Part shown: piece by piece, positions 20,212-29,948 of the stretch
Layout of the letters: every line of letters starts with the position of its first letter
How positions within the stretch are numbered: position 1 is the stretch's first letter
Origin: a virus
IMG/VR virus record: IMGVR_UViG_3300021168_000355
Coordinates: 12,779 to 76,778 of that record
DNA: 64,000 nucleotides
Direction: 5' to 3' (one strand)
Program-made: the position numbers and the translations under genes
The notes under the pieces: generated by a model
Seen by the model: only the letters and a program-made list of their open reading frames with translations
What the model was told of the DNA's origin: nothing
The model's database searches: none

Positions 20212-21234
20212 TTACGAGTTCTGGACGCTCAGGATCGTAATGGCTTCGGGACGAATGCCCCAGCCAGGTGAGATCCTGAACTCCGACAAAATGTCAGTTG
20301 CACCACCCGGAAGCGGAGTTGGAATCTCAGTCGGCGCCGCTTTGTCACAATACATGGCGGTGCAGGCTTCGAGGCCAGGGGCAATCTTTGCCCATTCGTT
20401 GGTGTTCCACTTCGTGCCAGTGGGCTTCTCGACCTCTGTCATAACAAAGACAATGGCGTCAGTGCCGCCCTGTCCCTTGCCGATCAGGGTGTCATCATAG
20501 CCCCAATCAATGGTGTCGCCGTTCATTTCCATGACCGACTTCACCATTTGAGCAGAGGTTGCAGAACCAGCGCCGGCGCGTTGGAACTGAACCAACTGGA
20601 CGATGTTCACCATCTCCATCATGCCCAGATCACGCTGCGGGCCAATGATGGTGAACTTCCGACCAATACCGAACTGATATGTCCGGGTCTTGATCGCCGC
20701 CATAATCGTCAGGAAGAACAACGCGAGTTCACCATTGTCATAGGTGACCATCGTATCGTTTCCATTGGAATCAGGCGGTAGTGTCGTCGCCGTCGCGCCA
20801 TTCGTATTGAGCAACCCCTCACCATTCTGGGGGTTGAAGCCATAAAGCAACCCGTTACGAGCGAGTTGGAAATGGCCCTGACGCATACCAAGGCGTTGAG
20901 CCTCCATCATCGGCATCCCCCAGCGTGCGAGGGCGGCGGTGTCGTGGTGATCAAATTCACCGCGTACTCGGAGCAAATAAGTCGGCACCGAGATTTGCGA
21001 CATGACGATGGTGACTGAGGGCAACTGGTTGTAAGCGGATTGACCCGCCGCAACCTTCGTGCGAATATCGGCCCTCTTTGCATAAACCCACAGATCACCC
21101 TCGCCAAGCTTCGGCATCGGACCACCCGACGGAAGCAGGTCGAAGGCGTTGGACGCCTGTGAATACTGGAGGATAACACCAGGCTCGACAAATGACGGAT
21201 GAGCCTGAATAAAGGCCGGTGCAATAACTGGCAT
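20212..21234 (-). CDS. Major capsid protein (DUF2184 / HK97 fold)
   Basis: 340 aa; LLYG.....GEGLLN motif; follows protease/scaffold and decoration genes; biased codon usage. Confidence 0.85.
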   Translation of the reverse strand: MPVIAPAFIQAHPSFVEPGVILQYSQASNAFDLLPSGGPMPKLGEGDLWVYAKRADIRTKVAAGQSAYNQLPSVTIVMSQISVPTYLLRVRGEFDHHDTAALARWGMPMMEAQRLGMRQGHFQLARNGLLYGFNPQNGEGLLNTNGATATTLPPDSNGNDTMVTYDNGELALFFLTIMAAIKTRTYQFGIGRKFTIIGPQRDLGMMEMVNIVQLVQFQRAGAGSATSAQMVKSVMEMNGDTIDWGYDDTLIGKGQGGTDAIVFVMTEVEKPTGTKWNTNEWAKIAPGLEACTAMYCDKAAPTEIPTPLPGGATDILSEFRISPGWGIRPEAITILSVQNS

Positions 21235-21293
21235 TGAAGTTCTCCTTTACATGGCCGGTTATGCCGGCGTGTTCCTGAGTTTGGGTCCTTGTT

Positions 21294-21890
21294 TTAGATT
21301 TTAACGACGGCGACACTTCCCGCGCGATTCCAGGTTAACGCGCCGGTTGTCGCGTTGTAAACTGGAACCATGCTGTTCCCGATGTTGAAGGATAGGATTT
21401 CGACACCGAGGCCAGTACCCGCAATCAGCATGTTGTTGGTAAAATCCCAAGCAACAGCCGAATTGATTGGAGTCCCAACGAGGCTCGCGAGAGCAGGATC
21501 GCAGGGTAGAACGATGCGGGCTCTACTGCCGATAAGATAGTAGGCAACCATCATACCCGGCGCTGCCTGAGGCGCAGGAGACGAGGTCGAACTGATCATG
21601 GAGTGGTCTTGATTGAAGACCGACCATCCCAAGATTGTTGCGTTGGACGTCGCCCGAGTGATGATATTACCCAGCGAATCCTGGCTGTCAGGCGAGGGCG
21701 GCGGGATAGACACCATCACCGGAATACCACCCCACATGGGAAGCGTCTCGGCTGGACCCAGTGGACCCCCACGCAATTCGTTGCGAATGTGGGGGTCGTC
21801 GAGGGCAAAGCCTGCAACATACCCATTCGACTGGGCATTGAAACCACCCGCAGCGTTGGTGACAACGTTGGGGTTAAACGGAATAGTCAT
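21294..21890 (-). CDS. Capsid decoration / minor head protein
   Basis: Between scaffold and MCP; LPMWGGIP and VAWDFTN motifs. Confidence 0.65.
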   Translation of the reverse strand: MTIPFNPNVVTNAAGGFNAQSNGYVAGFALDDPHIRNELRGGPLGPAETLPMWGGIPVMVSIPPPSPDSQDSLGNIITRATSNATILGWSVFNQDHSMISSTSSPAPQAAPGMMVAYYLIGSRARIVLPCDPALASLVGTPINSAVAWDFTNNMLIAGTGLGVEILSFNIGNSMVPVYNATTGALTWNRAGSVAVVKI

Positions 21891-21932
21891 GGCTCATCCT
21901 TTCTTTTAGGTTATCCCGTTCAATGAACGAGA

Positions 21933-23819
21933 TTAATGGGACCGTCGGTCAGGCAATCCCATTCGACTCACAATCTGGCGGGGACGAGCCATCTGGTGGA
22001 TGAACGTCTTTTTGCCATGGTAGGTGGTGATGTTTCGACCCGCTTCATCCCGCTTGGAGGTGGCGCGGATTTCGTTGTCCTCCAAATCAGTTGGATTCAG
22101 AGAGGCTTCGATGGCATCGGCATAAACCCGACGTTCAATGCTGTCGAAGAAGGCGCCCTCGGGAATGATGGAGAGGTCAGCGTCCTTGTTGTCGGCGCTG
22201 AACTCCTTCAACCCATTGGCAAGGCGGCGGCGATAATTCATCTTGGTTTCGCCGTCAAGCGGACGTGGAGCCTTCTTGTTGAAGCCCTGATAGACAGAAT
22301 CCGCTTTGGATTGGATATCTGCCATCGCATTGAAGTCCTCGTCGGACAACTGCTTTGGAATCATCGCCCTGATTTCAGGCAATGCAGCTTCCAATTCCGC
22401 AAGCTTCTTCTTGGTCGCTGCGAGTTCGACCGCAGTTGCATCGGCGCGGGCGTCGGCAGCCGCATCCTTCTTATGAAGGAGGTGAAGGTCGCCGTCGTCC
22501 TTCTTGGCGTCGGGCTTGGAGGCATCGCCCTTTGCAGCGTCGGCAGCCGCAGCAGCGTCGGCAGCAGCTTTGTCAGCCTTCTCTTTCGCATCAGCGGCGG
22601 CATCGGCATCAGCCTTCGCGGCATCCTCCTTCTTCTTTTTCTCCTCCTCCTTCTCGTTGTCCCAAGCGTCCATTCGGCTCTTGAGGGAGTCACAAGACTT
22701 GGAAACCTCTTTCAAGGCGTCCATAATCTTTTCGGAGTCGGAACGAGTATCTGCCTTCGCAGCATCGCCCTTTGCAGTCGCGTCCTCTTTCTTGTCCTTG
22801 TCCTCGGCCATATCTGTAACTCCTTTTGAGGTTGACACTCCTGTGGGAATATGCTCTTGTGTTCCCTCAGGCTCTTTTACAATTGAATCCGCTCGAACCA
22901 TATCTGCTCGGATTCCTTCTGCTGGTCCGCCTTTATCCCAAACACCTGTTTTACAGATCGCTAAATGATCCACATACGTGGGCTTACCTTCAATCAATAA
23001 AGTGGATCCGTCCGAAAGCTTTAGAGTTGTGTTTTCGGTCGGGTCTCCGAACACCACAGTGGGTGACGTAGATAAGGTATGATCGGCCAAACGTTGATTT
23101 GCCTCATCATCATAAATCCGTGCTACCACATTGATTTGATCATCCTCAATCCATGAATAGCCAGTGGTACCTACCACTCGCTTGCGATGCTCCTCACTAT
23201 CTAAAGTGGCTCCAGGCGGGTGCCACCAGATCACAGGTATTCCGGACATTCTCTCCATCAGACCAGGAGTCAACCAAATCTGAGGATCGCGGTAGACATA
23301 TTCATCCAATGAGGGACGATGCGAGAACCCTGTCCCAGTTGCCCTCATCACATAAAAGGTTGCATTCTCAACCCTTTGGGGAGAACTTAATCCTTCGTGC
23401 GCCATCGCACGCGAAATCTCCATTTCGTCCATTTTCGGTCGCCGGAGCGCCAACTCAACACCTGGATGAAGGTTGAGCGACTGGGCTTCATCGGCTGTGA
23501 ACCATCCATAAGCGGTGTGTTCGTCATCAAGCTTGCATCGGAATTGGTCATCGACCTTTTTGACGAATGTGGTAAAGTCCACACCGTTAAAGAGGTAGCG
23601 GCATAGCTCACCGTCCATTGGTCCAGGGTTGAACCCTGTTTCCTCAATAGCCTCTCGTATAGCTGTAATTTCAGCGGTTTCATTATTCTCTGTCTTACCA
23701 CCAGGGATACCCCAATAGCCTCCCATATCTCCTTTATTGGAGCGAAGCATAAAGAGGAATTTATCCTTTGGAGCTATAAAAAGGATACCTGCCGCTTTTA
23801 TGATATCATCCGGTGGCAA
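21933..23819 (-). CDS. NUDIX hydrolase - prohead protease (DUF2213-like) - scaffold fusion
   Basis: Nudix box GKTENNETAEITAIREAIEETGF; PVIWWHP...STSP...DHLAIC..GVWD protease; Ala/Asp/Lys-rich coiled-coil C-terminus. Confidence 0.8.
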   Translation of the reverse strand: MPPDDIIKAAGILFIAPKDKFLFMLRSNKGDMGGYWGIPGGKTENNETAEITAIREAIEETGFNPGPMDGELCRYLFNGVDFTTFVKKVDDQFRCKLDDEHTAYGWFTADEAQSLNLHPGVELALRRPKMDEMEISRAMAHEGLSSPQRVENATFYVMRATGTGFSHRPSLDEYVYRDPQIWLTPGLMERMSGIPVIWWHPPGATLDSEEHRKRVVGTTGYSWIEDDQINVVARIYDDEANQRLADHTLSTSPTVVFGDPTENTTLKLSDGSTLLIEGKPTYVDHLAICKTGVWDKGGPAEGIRADMVRADSIVKEPEGTQEHIPTGVSTSKGVTDMAEDKDKKEDATAKGDAAKADTRSDSEKIMDALKEVSKSCDSLKSRMDAWDNEKEEEKKKKEDAAKADADAAADAKEKADKAAADAAAAADAAKGDASKPDAKKDDGDLHLLHKKDAAADARADATAVELAATKKKLAELEAALPEIRAMIPKQLSDEDFNAMADIQSKADSVYQGFNKKAPRPLDGETKMNYRRRLANGLKEFSADNKDADLSIIPEGAFFDSIERRVYADAIEASLNPTDLEDNEIRATSKRDEAGRNITTYHGKKTFIHQMARPRQIVSRMGLPDRRSH

Positions 23820-25436
23820 TCACTCTCTCCTTAATGCCACAATGTTTTCAAACAATTCCAACGCATCTGCGGTGGATAGTTTCACCTTTGCTCGTCCAGG
23901 GGTTCCTTGGGGTCCTTTCTCAACTCCTGGGGGAAGTCCATCAGGTCCTTTGAGGGCAGGAGGGCTAGGTTTACCAGCAGTCTTACCGCCGACTTGTGCG
24001 CCTCCCTTCGTTCCCTCTCCCTGTTCCACACCCTGTTGACCCGCCAACACAGCCATTGCTTCTGGCGGTATATAGTCCTTAAGTGTTTCCCAATTAAACT
24101 TGATTCCGTTGGAAAACATCTTGGTATCTTCGGTAATCGCATCGACACCCCATTTGATAAGCTCCATGCGATTTTCGGGGTCGATGACTGGCAACAAGAC
24201 CTGCATAATGGCAATAATAGCCTTTAGCTTTGTGTCCGATATCTTAATCTTCTCGGATTCTGGCTCAACGAGAAGTGAGGGCCACGTGGCAACAAAGCTA
24301 TTTTTCCAATCATAGAAAGCCTTAGTATAGGTCACGTTCTTGTAGGCTTCGGGATATTTCTTGCGTTGAGCCTCAAAGAACTCAGGGGTCCATGCCCGAT
24401 ACATACAGACCCGATCCATAAACTCATAGAGAGGATTCATATCCTTTCGGACACCATCCACATACTTGGCAATGGCTTTAGCATCCTCTTTACCCTCAGC
24501 GAAGCCCCCAGCGAAGGGTAGGGAGTTGAGCAACTTGGAGGGCATATCTGCCGCAGAAGCAATGTTCTCCAGAATATGGTTCCGAGCCATTTCGGCTGGA
24601 CCTTCCAAATTCTGGAGATTAAGGCTTTCTATGGACTCATCCACAGTTATAGATATGACGTTATCGGTAGAAGCCTCCCGAAGCAGGACACGCTTCATGC
24701 TGGCCATTACAGCCATTGCATTGTTGACAATTGGACCAATTATCTTGAGCTTGGCAACAATGACGCCTGCTTTACGGGCAATCATCGCATCCATCTTCAA
24801 GGTGTCAATATAACTCTTGAGCGGGTAGAGCGACCTCTGATAGCAAGAACGACCCACATAGCCAAAAGCTGAGGTCGTCCAAGCAATATAAATGGGCTGT
24901 TCGTTTAAGGTAATAACTGTCCGCGAGGGATGATATTGTGTCCCTGCAACCCGAACAACGTCATCAATGGGTTTCTGGAACCGCATTGAATTGGGGTCTT
25001 GTTCCATCGACAAGGACCCCGACGTATTCAGTGGATCAAATACGTTAAAGCCGATTTTCAGGTCTTTGATGGTCTTATAATCGATTGGGCGATTGGGAGG
25101 AACACCCTGAGCAAGTAATCCCAAAGTCGATATGCCATAAACGCGCGATATGGTTTTAGCCGCATGAATGATCTTGTCCGCATTCAATGCTTCCCATTCC
25201 GATATGAATTGGTCCGCAACGTCATCGGTCTGACAAGAGCGAACCTTAATCTCTCGGGGCTGGGATTGAGCCAATGTAATGGGGTTCTCAGCTACCCTAG
25301 CACCTAAAGGGTGATAAAGGTATATGAGTTTGCACATTTCATAGGACGACTCATCTCCGGGTTGAATGTCCTCGGAGTTGATAATTCGTCCTAAAAAATT
25401 GCCCGTTGTTGGGGCGTTGACAACAATATCAGCCAA
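23820..25436 (-). CDS. Portal protein (DUF1073-like)
   Basis: SRVYG, YHPSR and ENIASAADMPSKLL...GF.EG.ED motifs; upstream of the protease gene. Confidence 0.8.
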   Translation of the reverse strand: MADIVVNAPTTGNFLGRIINSEDIQPGDESSYEMCKLIYLYHPLGARVAENPITLAQSQPREIKVRSCQTDDVADQFISEWEALNADKIIHAAKTISRVYGISTLGLLAQGVPPNRPIDYKTIKDLKIGFNVFDPLNTSGSLSMEQDPNSMRFQKPIDDVVRVAGTQYHPSRTVITLNEQPIYIAWTTSAFGYVGRSCYQRSLYPLKSYIDTLKMDAMIARKAGVIVAKLKIIGPIVNNAMAVMASMKRVLLREASTDNVISITVDESIESLNLQNLEGPAEMARNHILENIASAADMPSKLLNSLPFAGGFAEGKEDAKAIAKYVDGVRKDMNPLYEFMDRVCMYRAWTPEFFEAQRKKYPEAYKNVTYTKAFYDWKNSFVATWPSLLVEPESEKIKISDTKLKAIIAIMQVLLPVIDPENRMELIKWGVDAITEDTKMFSNGIKFNWETLKDYIPPEAMAVLAGQQGVEQGEGTKGGAQVGGKTAGKPSPPALKGPDGLPPGVEKGPQGTPGRAKVKLSTADALELFENIVALRRE

Positions 25437-25764
25437 CTAAGTTCCCCTCTCCATCAATGGCGGGTGGCTGACCCTGGGGTTGAACATTTGGGAATATAGG
25501 TGGTATGTTACCACCTGTACGAATTATCTCCACTTGCCCCAGAAGCGGATCCTGTTCGACAGTGGGTAGATCAGGATCGATAGGGGGATCCAAATCAATC
25601 GCGATGGGATCAGGATCAGGCGTTATCTCGATTTGAGGCGGATCAACGGTAAGTTGTTGATACGCGAGTTTGGCTTGTGTTCCAAAAGGCAATGTGTTAT
25701 CGATCACAAAGCCATAGAAACTTTTGGCATATTCAGGAGTAATGATTTTTACATTCTGGGGCAT
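25429..25764 (-). CDS. Hypothetical Pro/Asp-rich protein
   Basis: ORF with AAGGAGG RBS inside the operon. Confidence 0.55.
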   Translation of the reverse strand: MPQNVKIITPEYAKSFYGFVIDNTLPFGTQAKLAYQQLTVDPPQIEITPDPDPIAIDLDPPIDPDLPTVEQDPLLGQVEIIRTGGNIPPIFPNVQPQGQPPAIDGEGNLVG

Positions 25765-25774
25765 TCATTCCTCC

Positions 25775-26140
25775 TTACGGAACAGCATAACCATTTGCTG
25801 ATGACGCGGTGGCTGAGCCTGTGACATTTGTGGCTGTAACATCACAGGTGAGAGTAGTTCCCAAATCAGCGGAAGCGATGATATAGGGATTGGCTGCTCC
25901 ATTTGCACCAGTTATATTGGTACCATTGCGTTGCCACCGATAAGCATAGGAGTCAGGGACACCATGCCAATTCCCAACAGTGCTCTCGACCGCATCGCCA
26001 GGAACCCCTGTTCCCCCAGTCTCAAGCATCACAACAGGGGGATCAAAATTAACAGGCACCTCAGGTGTTGGATCAACGACCTCAACGCCCCAAAACTTCT
26101 TGGCCCAACCTGCACCTACTACCATTGGATACTGGGGCAT
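25775..26140 (-). CDS. Single Ig-like domain protein
   Basis: G.W....SYAYRWQRNG..I.GA....Y....AD.G..LTC.VTATN motif. Confidence 0.7.
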   Translation of the reverse strand: MPQYPMVVGAGWAKKFWGVEVVDPTPEVPVNFDPPVVMLETGGTGVPGDAVESTVGNWHGVPDSYAYRWQRNGTNITGANGAANPYIIASADLGTTLTCDVTATNVTGSATASSANGYAVP

Positions 26141-26150
26141 CTAAAAGCTC

Positions 26151-27254
26151 CTATGTCACGTTGATGGTGCAGGTGCTTGGAACACCTATACCTATATCAT
26201 TCTGTGCGTAAAGGGTATAAGTATAGGTACCAGCTATTATGGCTGCGGCATTTGCTACCGTAACCACACCTGAACTATCTATGGTAAACATTCCTGAAGG
26301 AGTACCACCAGTTTCGACAAGGGCCCAAGCATTTGGATTATTTGTTGCGACACATGTACCAATAATTTGACCCTGCGTTACTGGGAGAGAAACATCAAAA
26401 TTAGCTGGGGTAATGGCTGGCTCTGGAGGATTTACAGAAACCTGATTAGATGTGGAAACAGCAATGCCGCCACCCACAGCATTCGAGGCTTGAGCGACTC
26501 CAGAAATTACTCCATTGGCATCAGCCTCTGTGGTTGTATATTGGTTTGTATTAGCACCAGAAATAGACGAACCATTTCGTTGCCAACCATAAAAATAGTT
26601 AGTTGGATTATTAGTCCAAGCTCCAGTGCTCATCGATAATGTTGTACCAAAATCAACAGGTCCAACAGGATTAATTGATGGTGCAACGACATTGACAGGG
26701 GGTCCAGCGATAGCCACAACATTGCTAGATGGCTCAGGTAAACTCTTGCCCCCTTCATTGTCCGCAGCTACAGTCAAACCAATATTATTATTTCGGTCCA
26801 CTATGGTAGTCGTATAGGTACTGGCATTTTGTCCAGCAATTGGAGTACCATTTCTAGTCCATTGATAATCGAACCCAATTGGAGTATTCGTCCAAATACC
26901 TGGATTCGCTGTTAAAAGTGTACCTGAGGTAACTGTACCTGTCGGCGTGATGGATGGTGGAGTTGTATTTACAGGTATTGGCGGCGGAGCGGGGGCTACA
27001 TCCCATACCGGCATCGCATCTCCTGCACCTGAGATATAAACTGGAATAGCGTTATTTGGGTTCCCTTGATCACTCCCAATCGGAGGCGCTCCCGGTCCCC
27101 CAGTCACGTAGACTGGGATAGGCCCAGACGCAGGGGATCCTGCTCCCGCTATGAAATTGACTGGAATTGCACCACCTCCAGGACCCGCAACAACGTACAC
27201 TGGAATTGCTCCAGCTGCGTTGGTGCGATCATTTGGGTACATAATGGCGTTCAT
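26151..27254 (-). CDS. Virion surface protein with IPVY repeats, two Ig-like repeats and a cadherin-like C-terminus
   Basis: Repeated IPVYV; two G.WTN.P..(Y)..W.RNG..I.G.N...YTTT units; FTIDSSGVVTVA. Confidence 0.7.
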   Translation of the reverse strand: MNAIMYPNDRTNAAGAIPVYVVAGPGGGAIPVNFIAGAGSPASGPIPVYVTGGPGAPPIGSDQGNPNNAIPVYISGAGDAMPVWDVAPAPPPIPVNTTPPSITPTGTVTSGTLLTANPGIWTNTPIGFDYQWTRNGTPIAGQNASTYTTTIVDRNNNIGLTVAADNEGGKSLPEPSSNVVAIAGPPVNVVAPSINPVGPVDFGTTLSMSTGAWTNNPTNYFYGWQRNGSSISGANTNQYTTTEADANGVISGVAQASNAVGGGIAVSTSNQVSVNPPEPAITPANFDVSLPVTQGQIIGTCVATNNPNAWALVETGGTPSGMFTIDSSGVVTVANAAAIIAGTYTYTLYAQNDIGIGVPSTCTINVT

Positions 27255-27445
27255 AGGTAAGCTAAATTACCTCCACCAAACAATAGCCAGATGACAATGA
27301 TGATCAGGAGAATACCAACTAGACCGATGCCAGTATGACCATAACCATAGCCGTAGCGCCAATTAGGATTAATATTAGGTCCAGCTACCCCTCCAAGCAA
27401 AACGATAATGAGGATAACGACGAGGATTATACTAAGTGGTCTCAT
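27251..27445 (-). CDS. DUF3309-like small membrane protein
   Basis: Two hydrophobic helices flanking a WRYGYGYG loop. Confidence 0.65.
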   Translation of the reverse strand: MRPLSIILVVILIIVLLGGVAGPNINPNWRYGYGYGHTGIGLVGILLIIIVIWLLFGGGNLAYL

Positions 27446-27711
27446 TTTATCGCCGCTCCAAATTCGCCATGATACCGAACACGTTGGCGCTTCTCGATGG
27501 CTTCTTCCTTCATAAAGATAACACCATAAGTGATCGCTAGGGCTACTGCATGGGGTAAGTTAACCGCATCAAGCTTATACCTCGCTTGATCAAGGTACGT
27601 TTTAACTGATCCGTATGATACACCTGTAAGCATACTAATTTCCCGATAGGTCTTCCCTTGAGCGGCCCATGATAAACATTCAGTTTCCCTACTCGAAAGG
27701 GGTGTACGCAT
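27442..27711 (-). CDS. LuxR-family HTH protein (DNA-binding domain only)
   Basis: LSSRETECLSWAAQGKTYREIS...SVKTYL..ARYKLDAVN..HAVA signature. Confidence 0.85.
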   Translation of the reverse strand: MRTPLSSRETECLSWAAQGKTYREISMLTGVSYGSVKTYLDQARYKLDAVNLPHAVALAITYGVIFMKEEAIEKRQRVRYHGEFGAAIK

Positions 27712-27721
27712 CGCGAACCAC

Positions 27722-29008
27722 TTAGAACCCCTCCATGTTGCCGCATCCAATGCTAACCCCATAGGTGAACGTGTCTAAAAGGTCATCGGCGCGGTCTTTT
27801 GCGTCCTTGTCACCTACGCGGAACCCTGTGACTTGATGGATGAAATGATTCTGGAGTTGATCCTTAAAGTCCGTCTCCTTGTAGAAAGCCTCTTCGCTCA
27901 TCTTGACCTTGTGAGACCACACATACCCCGAAACATTCATTGCCCTCTCATCTTTACCAATCGATGTCAACTTACCCTCGATTGGTTGAGCGGGCAATCC
28001 ATTGTTCTGTGCTTGCTGAATAAGCACCGTTCCTGAACCTTTATCCTCAATGAAGGCGGCAACCTTGCGGTTCATCGCTCCACATTTTTTGGACAATTCT
28101 TCCAGTCTCGCAAAAACAGAAGGAAGCCAACCTTCCAACATAGCTCCATCAATCGAGAGGATATCCCAATCAAGAATAACAAGAGGATGACCCACTCCAA
28201 GCTGCCATGAAGAAGCGTAGTAGGTGACAGCGGTACCGTCATGCTCTTTGCCTGACTTCATCCCGGTGTCTATAACCGCATAGACGAAATCACATAGGAA
28301 GGGATAGGGAACAGGTTTTCCGTTGACAAGGAAGTTGTCGATGGAAAAGAAGGCGACACCACGCCAGTCAATGAACTCGGCTTCAATCTCCTGACGAAAG
28401 AACAAAGGATGAAGGCTTTTCCTCAGCTTCTCTATTTCGTCGGCGGGAATATAGGGGTTCTTCCAAGTGGGAGCATGAAAGGTGTTAAACTCGAATTTTG
28501 GATCGTTACAAATACGCCAGAAGAAATTGTCAGTGTCTACTCCGTTTGGGGTCGAAAAGACCCACGCATTGCCTCGATAGTCTAGGAGTGTGGGACGAAT
28601 AGCTCCCTCCCACGTTTTCAGCATATAATCGGGAGTGAATGCCGCCTCATCGATAATGACGGTATGATACTTCCTCGACCGACCTGCTGCCTTATTCTCT
28701 AAGCTCCAGAAGTCTGCCCGTCCCCCAGTGATCAGGCGAATGACTCCAGATGTTTGATTTGATACCTCAATCAGAGGGTGTAAGACATGGCGAACGGAAA
28801 CGAATACTTCGGATAAGAGCTTATAGGACGGAGCGAAATATCCAACCGCCTTGCCCCGTATTGTCCCATCTTCGATGATTGTTTGGGCAAATTCTGTCTT
28901 ACCGAAACGCCGACCACACCTTCCCGCCCGGAACCTGCCTGGCATTTTGAAAGCTTCTACCTGCCCCGCATGAAGCTCTGGCATATGTATTTGGAACGGC
29001 GCGTTCAT
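27722..29008 (-). CDS. terL: Terminase large subunit
   Basis: Walker A GRRFGKT, Walker B IIDEAA, STPNG coupling motif, nuclease DDLLD. Confidence 0.92.
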   Translation of the reverse strand: MNAPFQIHMPELHAGQVEAFKMPGRFRAGRCGRRFGKTEFAQTIIEDGTIRGKAVGYFAPSYKLLSEVFVSVRHVLHPLIEVSNQTSGVIRLITGGRADFWSLENKAAGRSRKYHTVIIDEAAFTPDYMLKTWEGAIRPTLLDYRGNAWVFSTPNGVDTDNFFWRICNDPKFEFNTFHAPTWKNPYIPADEIEKLRKSLHPLFFRQEIEAEFIDWRGVAFFSIDNFLVNGKPVPYPFLCDFVYAVIDTGMKSGKEHDGTAVTYYASSWQLGVGHPLVILDWDILSIDGAMLEGWLPSVFARLEELSKKCGAMNRKVAAFIEDKGSGTVLIQQAQNNGLPAQPIEGKLTSIGKDERAMNVSGYVWSHKVKMSEEAFYKETDFKDQLQNHFIHQVTGFRVGDKDAKDRADDLLDTFTYGVSIGCGNMEGF

Positions 29009-29057
29009 GGTATGTTTTTAGGTTGTCACCGTGCGTTCTACTTTTGTTCACGTAGAT

Positions 29058-29127
29058 AACAGGGATGCCCCTTTTAGCACTACTAAAAAAGGACATCCCT
29101 GAACTGTAAGTTTTTAGTATACTAAAA
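29058..29127. promoter_or_regulatory. Operator-like palindromes TTTTAGCACTACTAAAA / TTTTAGTATACTAAAA with AGGGATG..CATCCCT arms
   Basis: Perfect 16-bp palindrome at 29112-29127; same motif at 41250 and 50645-50723. Confidence 0.6.
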
Positions 29128-29137
29128 TGCGATCGGA

Positions 29138-29869
29138 CTAACGCTTGGGCTGTGCCGTCGGTGGTGTTCCGCCTGGCGCGATGGGCTGAGTCGGAGTACC
29201 TGGCGCTGCACCACCCGGTAGACCCTGATCAGGCGCCGGCGGCTTCTCGGACGGTGGCTTGTTCGGGGGAAGTCCCTGATCGGGATGCGGGGGAACCGTA
29301 ATCACCGCATAACGATAGCCGACGCCTGAGATTGCCACAAGAACAATGGCCTTGCCTTCCGGAACGCTTGGGGGAAGCGGAGGCCAAATCGTGCCCGGCG
29401 GCGGGTTGGTCGGGGGCAAGGGCTGGCCGGGAACCGGCGGAAGACCCTGATCGGGACCAATCGGCCAAACCGGAATATGACCTTCATCGACGCCGTAGTC
29501 AGGATCGGTGGGACGACCCGGACGAGGGGGACGATTACCGACGTGAGGCGGACGACCGCCGCCAGGAAGTCCCTGATCGGGTCCTGCACCTTCATCGACG
29601 CCCCAATCGGGATCCGTTGGGCGCCCACCAAACGAGGGAAGATGACCAGGACGCGGAGGACGACCGCCGCCAGGAAGACCTTGATCGGGATGACCCGGCC
29701 AACCGCCCGGAAGTCCCTGATCGGGACGCGGGGGACGACCGCCCGGACGACCGCCCGGAAGTTCATGATCGGGATGACCGCCTTCATCGACGCCATAGTC
29801 AGGGTCGATGGGTCGCCCCGAACTGTCAAAACGCACCGGAGTAACCCACATCAATTGTCCTCTAGGCAT
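29138..29869 (-). CDS. Pro/Gly-rich repeat protein (PDQGLP and DPDYGVDEG repeats)
   Basis: RBS GGAAGGA; five PDQGLP and three DPD(Y/W)GVDEG repeats. Confidence 0.7.
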   Translation of the reverse strand: MPRGQLMWVTPVRFDSSGRPIDPDYGVDEGGHPDHELPGGRPGGRPPRPDQGLPGGWPGHPDQGLPGGGRPPRPGHLPSFGGRPTDPDWGVDEGAGPDQGLPGGGRPPHVGNRPPRPGRPTDPDYGVDEGHIPVWPIGPDQGLPPVPGQPLPPTNPPPGTIWPPLPPSVPEGKAIVLVAISGVGYRYAVITVPPHPDQGLPPNKPPSEKPPAPDQGLPGGAAPGTPTQPIAPGGTPPTAQPKR

Positions 29870-29948
29870 ATGCTTTCCTTCCGTTGTAGAACCGTGTTAC
29901 TTGGGTAATGCTCTTTAAATGCCTTGCATCCATTACCTAAAAGCGAGG

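Noticed and set aside
21936-22968. Long plus-strand ORFs (297 aa, 154 aa) opposite the scaffold, and multi-frame ORFs at 29229-29908 and 63249-63941
   Set aside because: Antisense or alternative-frame shadows of GC-rich, low-complexity genes; no RBS or recognisable motifs
23820-25436. Anti-CBASS Acb1 annotation sometimes attached to DUF1073 portal proteins
   Set aside because: No pair of HxT/S 2H-phosphodiesterase motifs recognised; the protein looks like a plain portal
29270-29800. CRISPR-like array from recurring CCCTGATCGGG / CCTTCATCGACGCC repeats
   Set aside because: Repeats are short, irregularly spaced and in frame with the PDQGL and GVDEG peptide repeats; no cas genes
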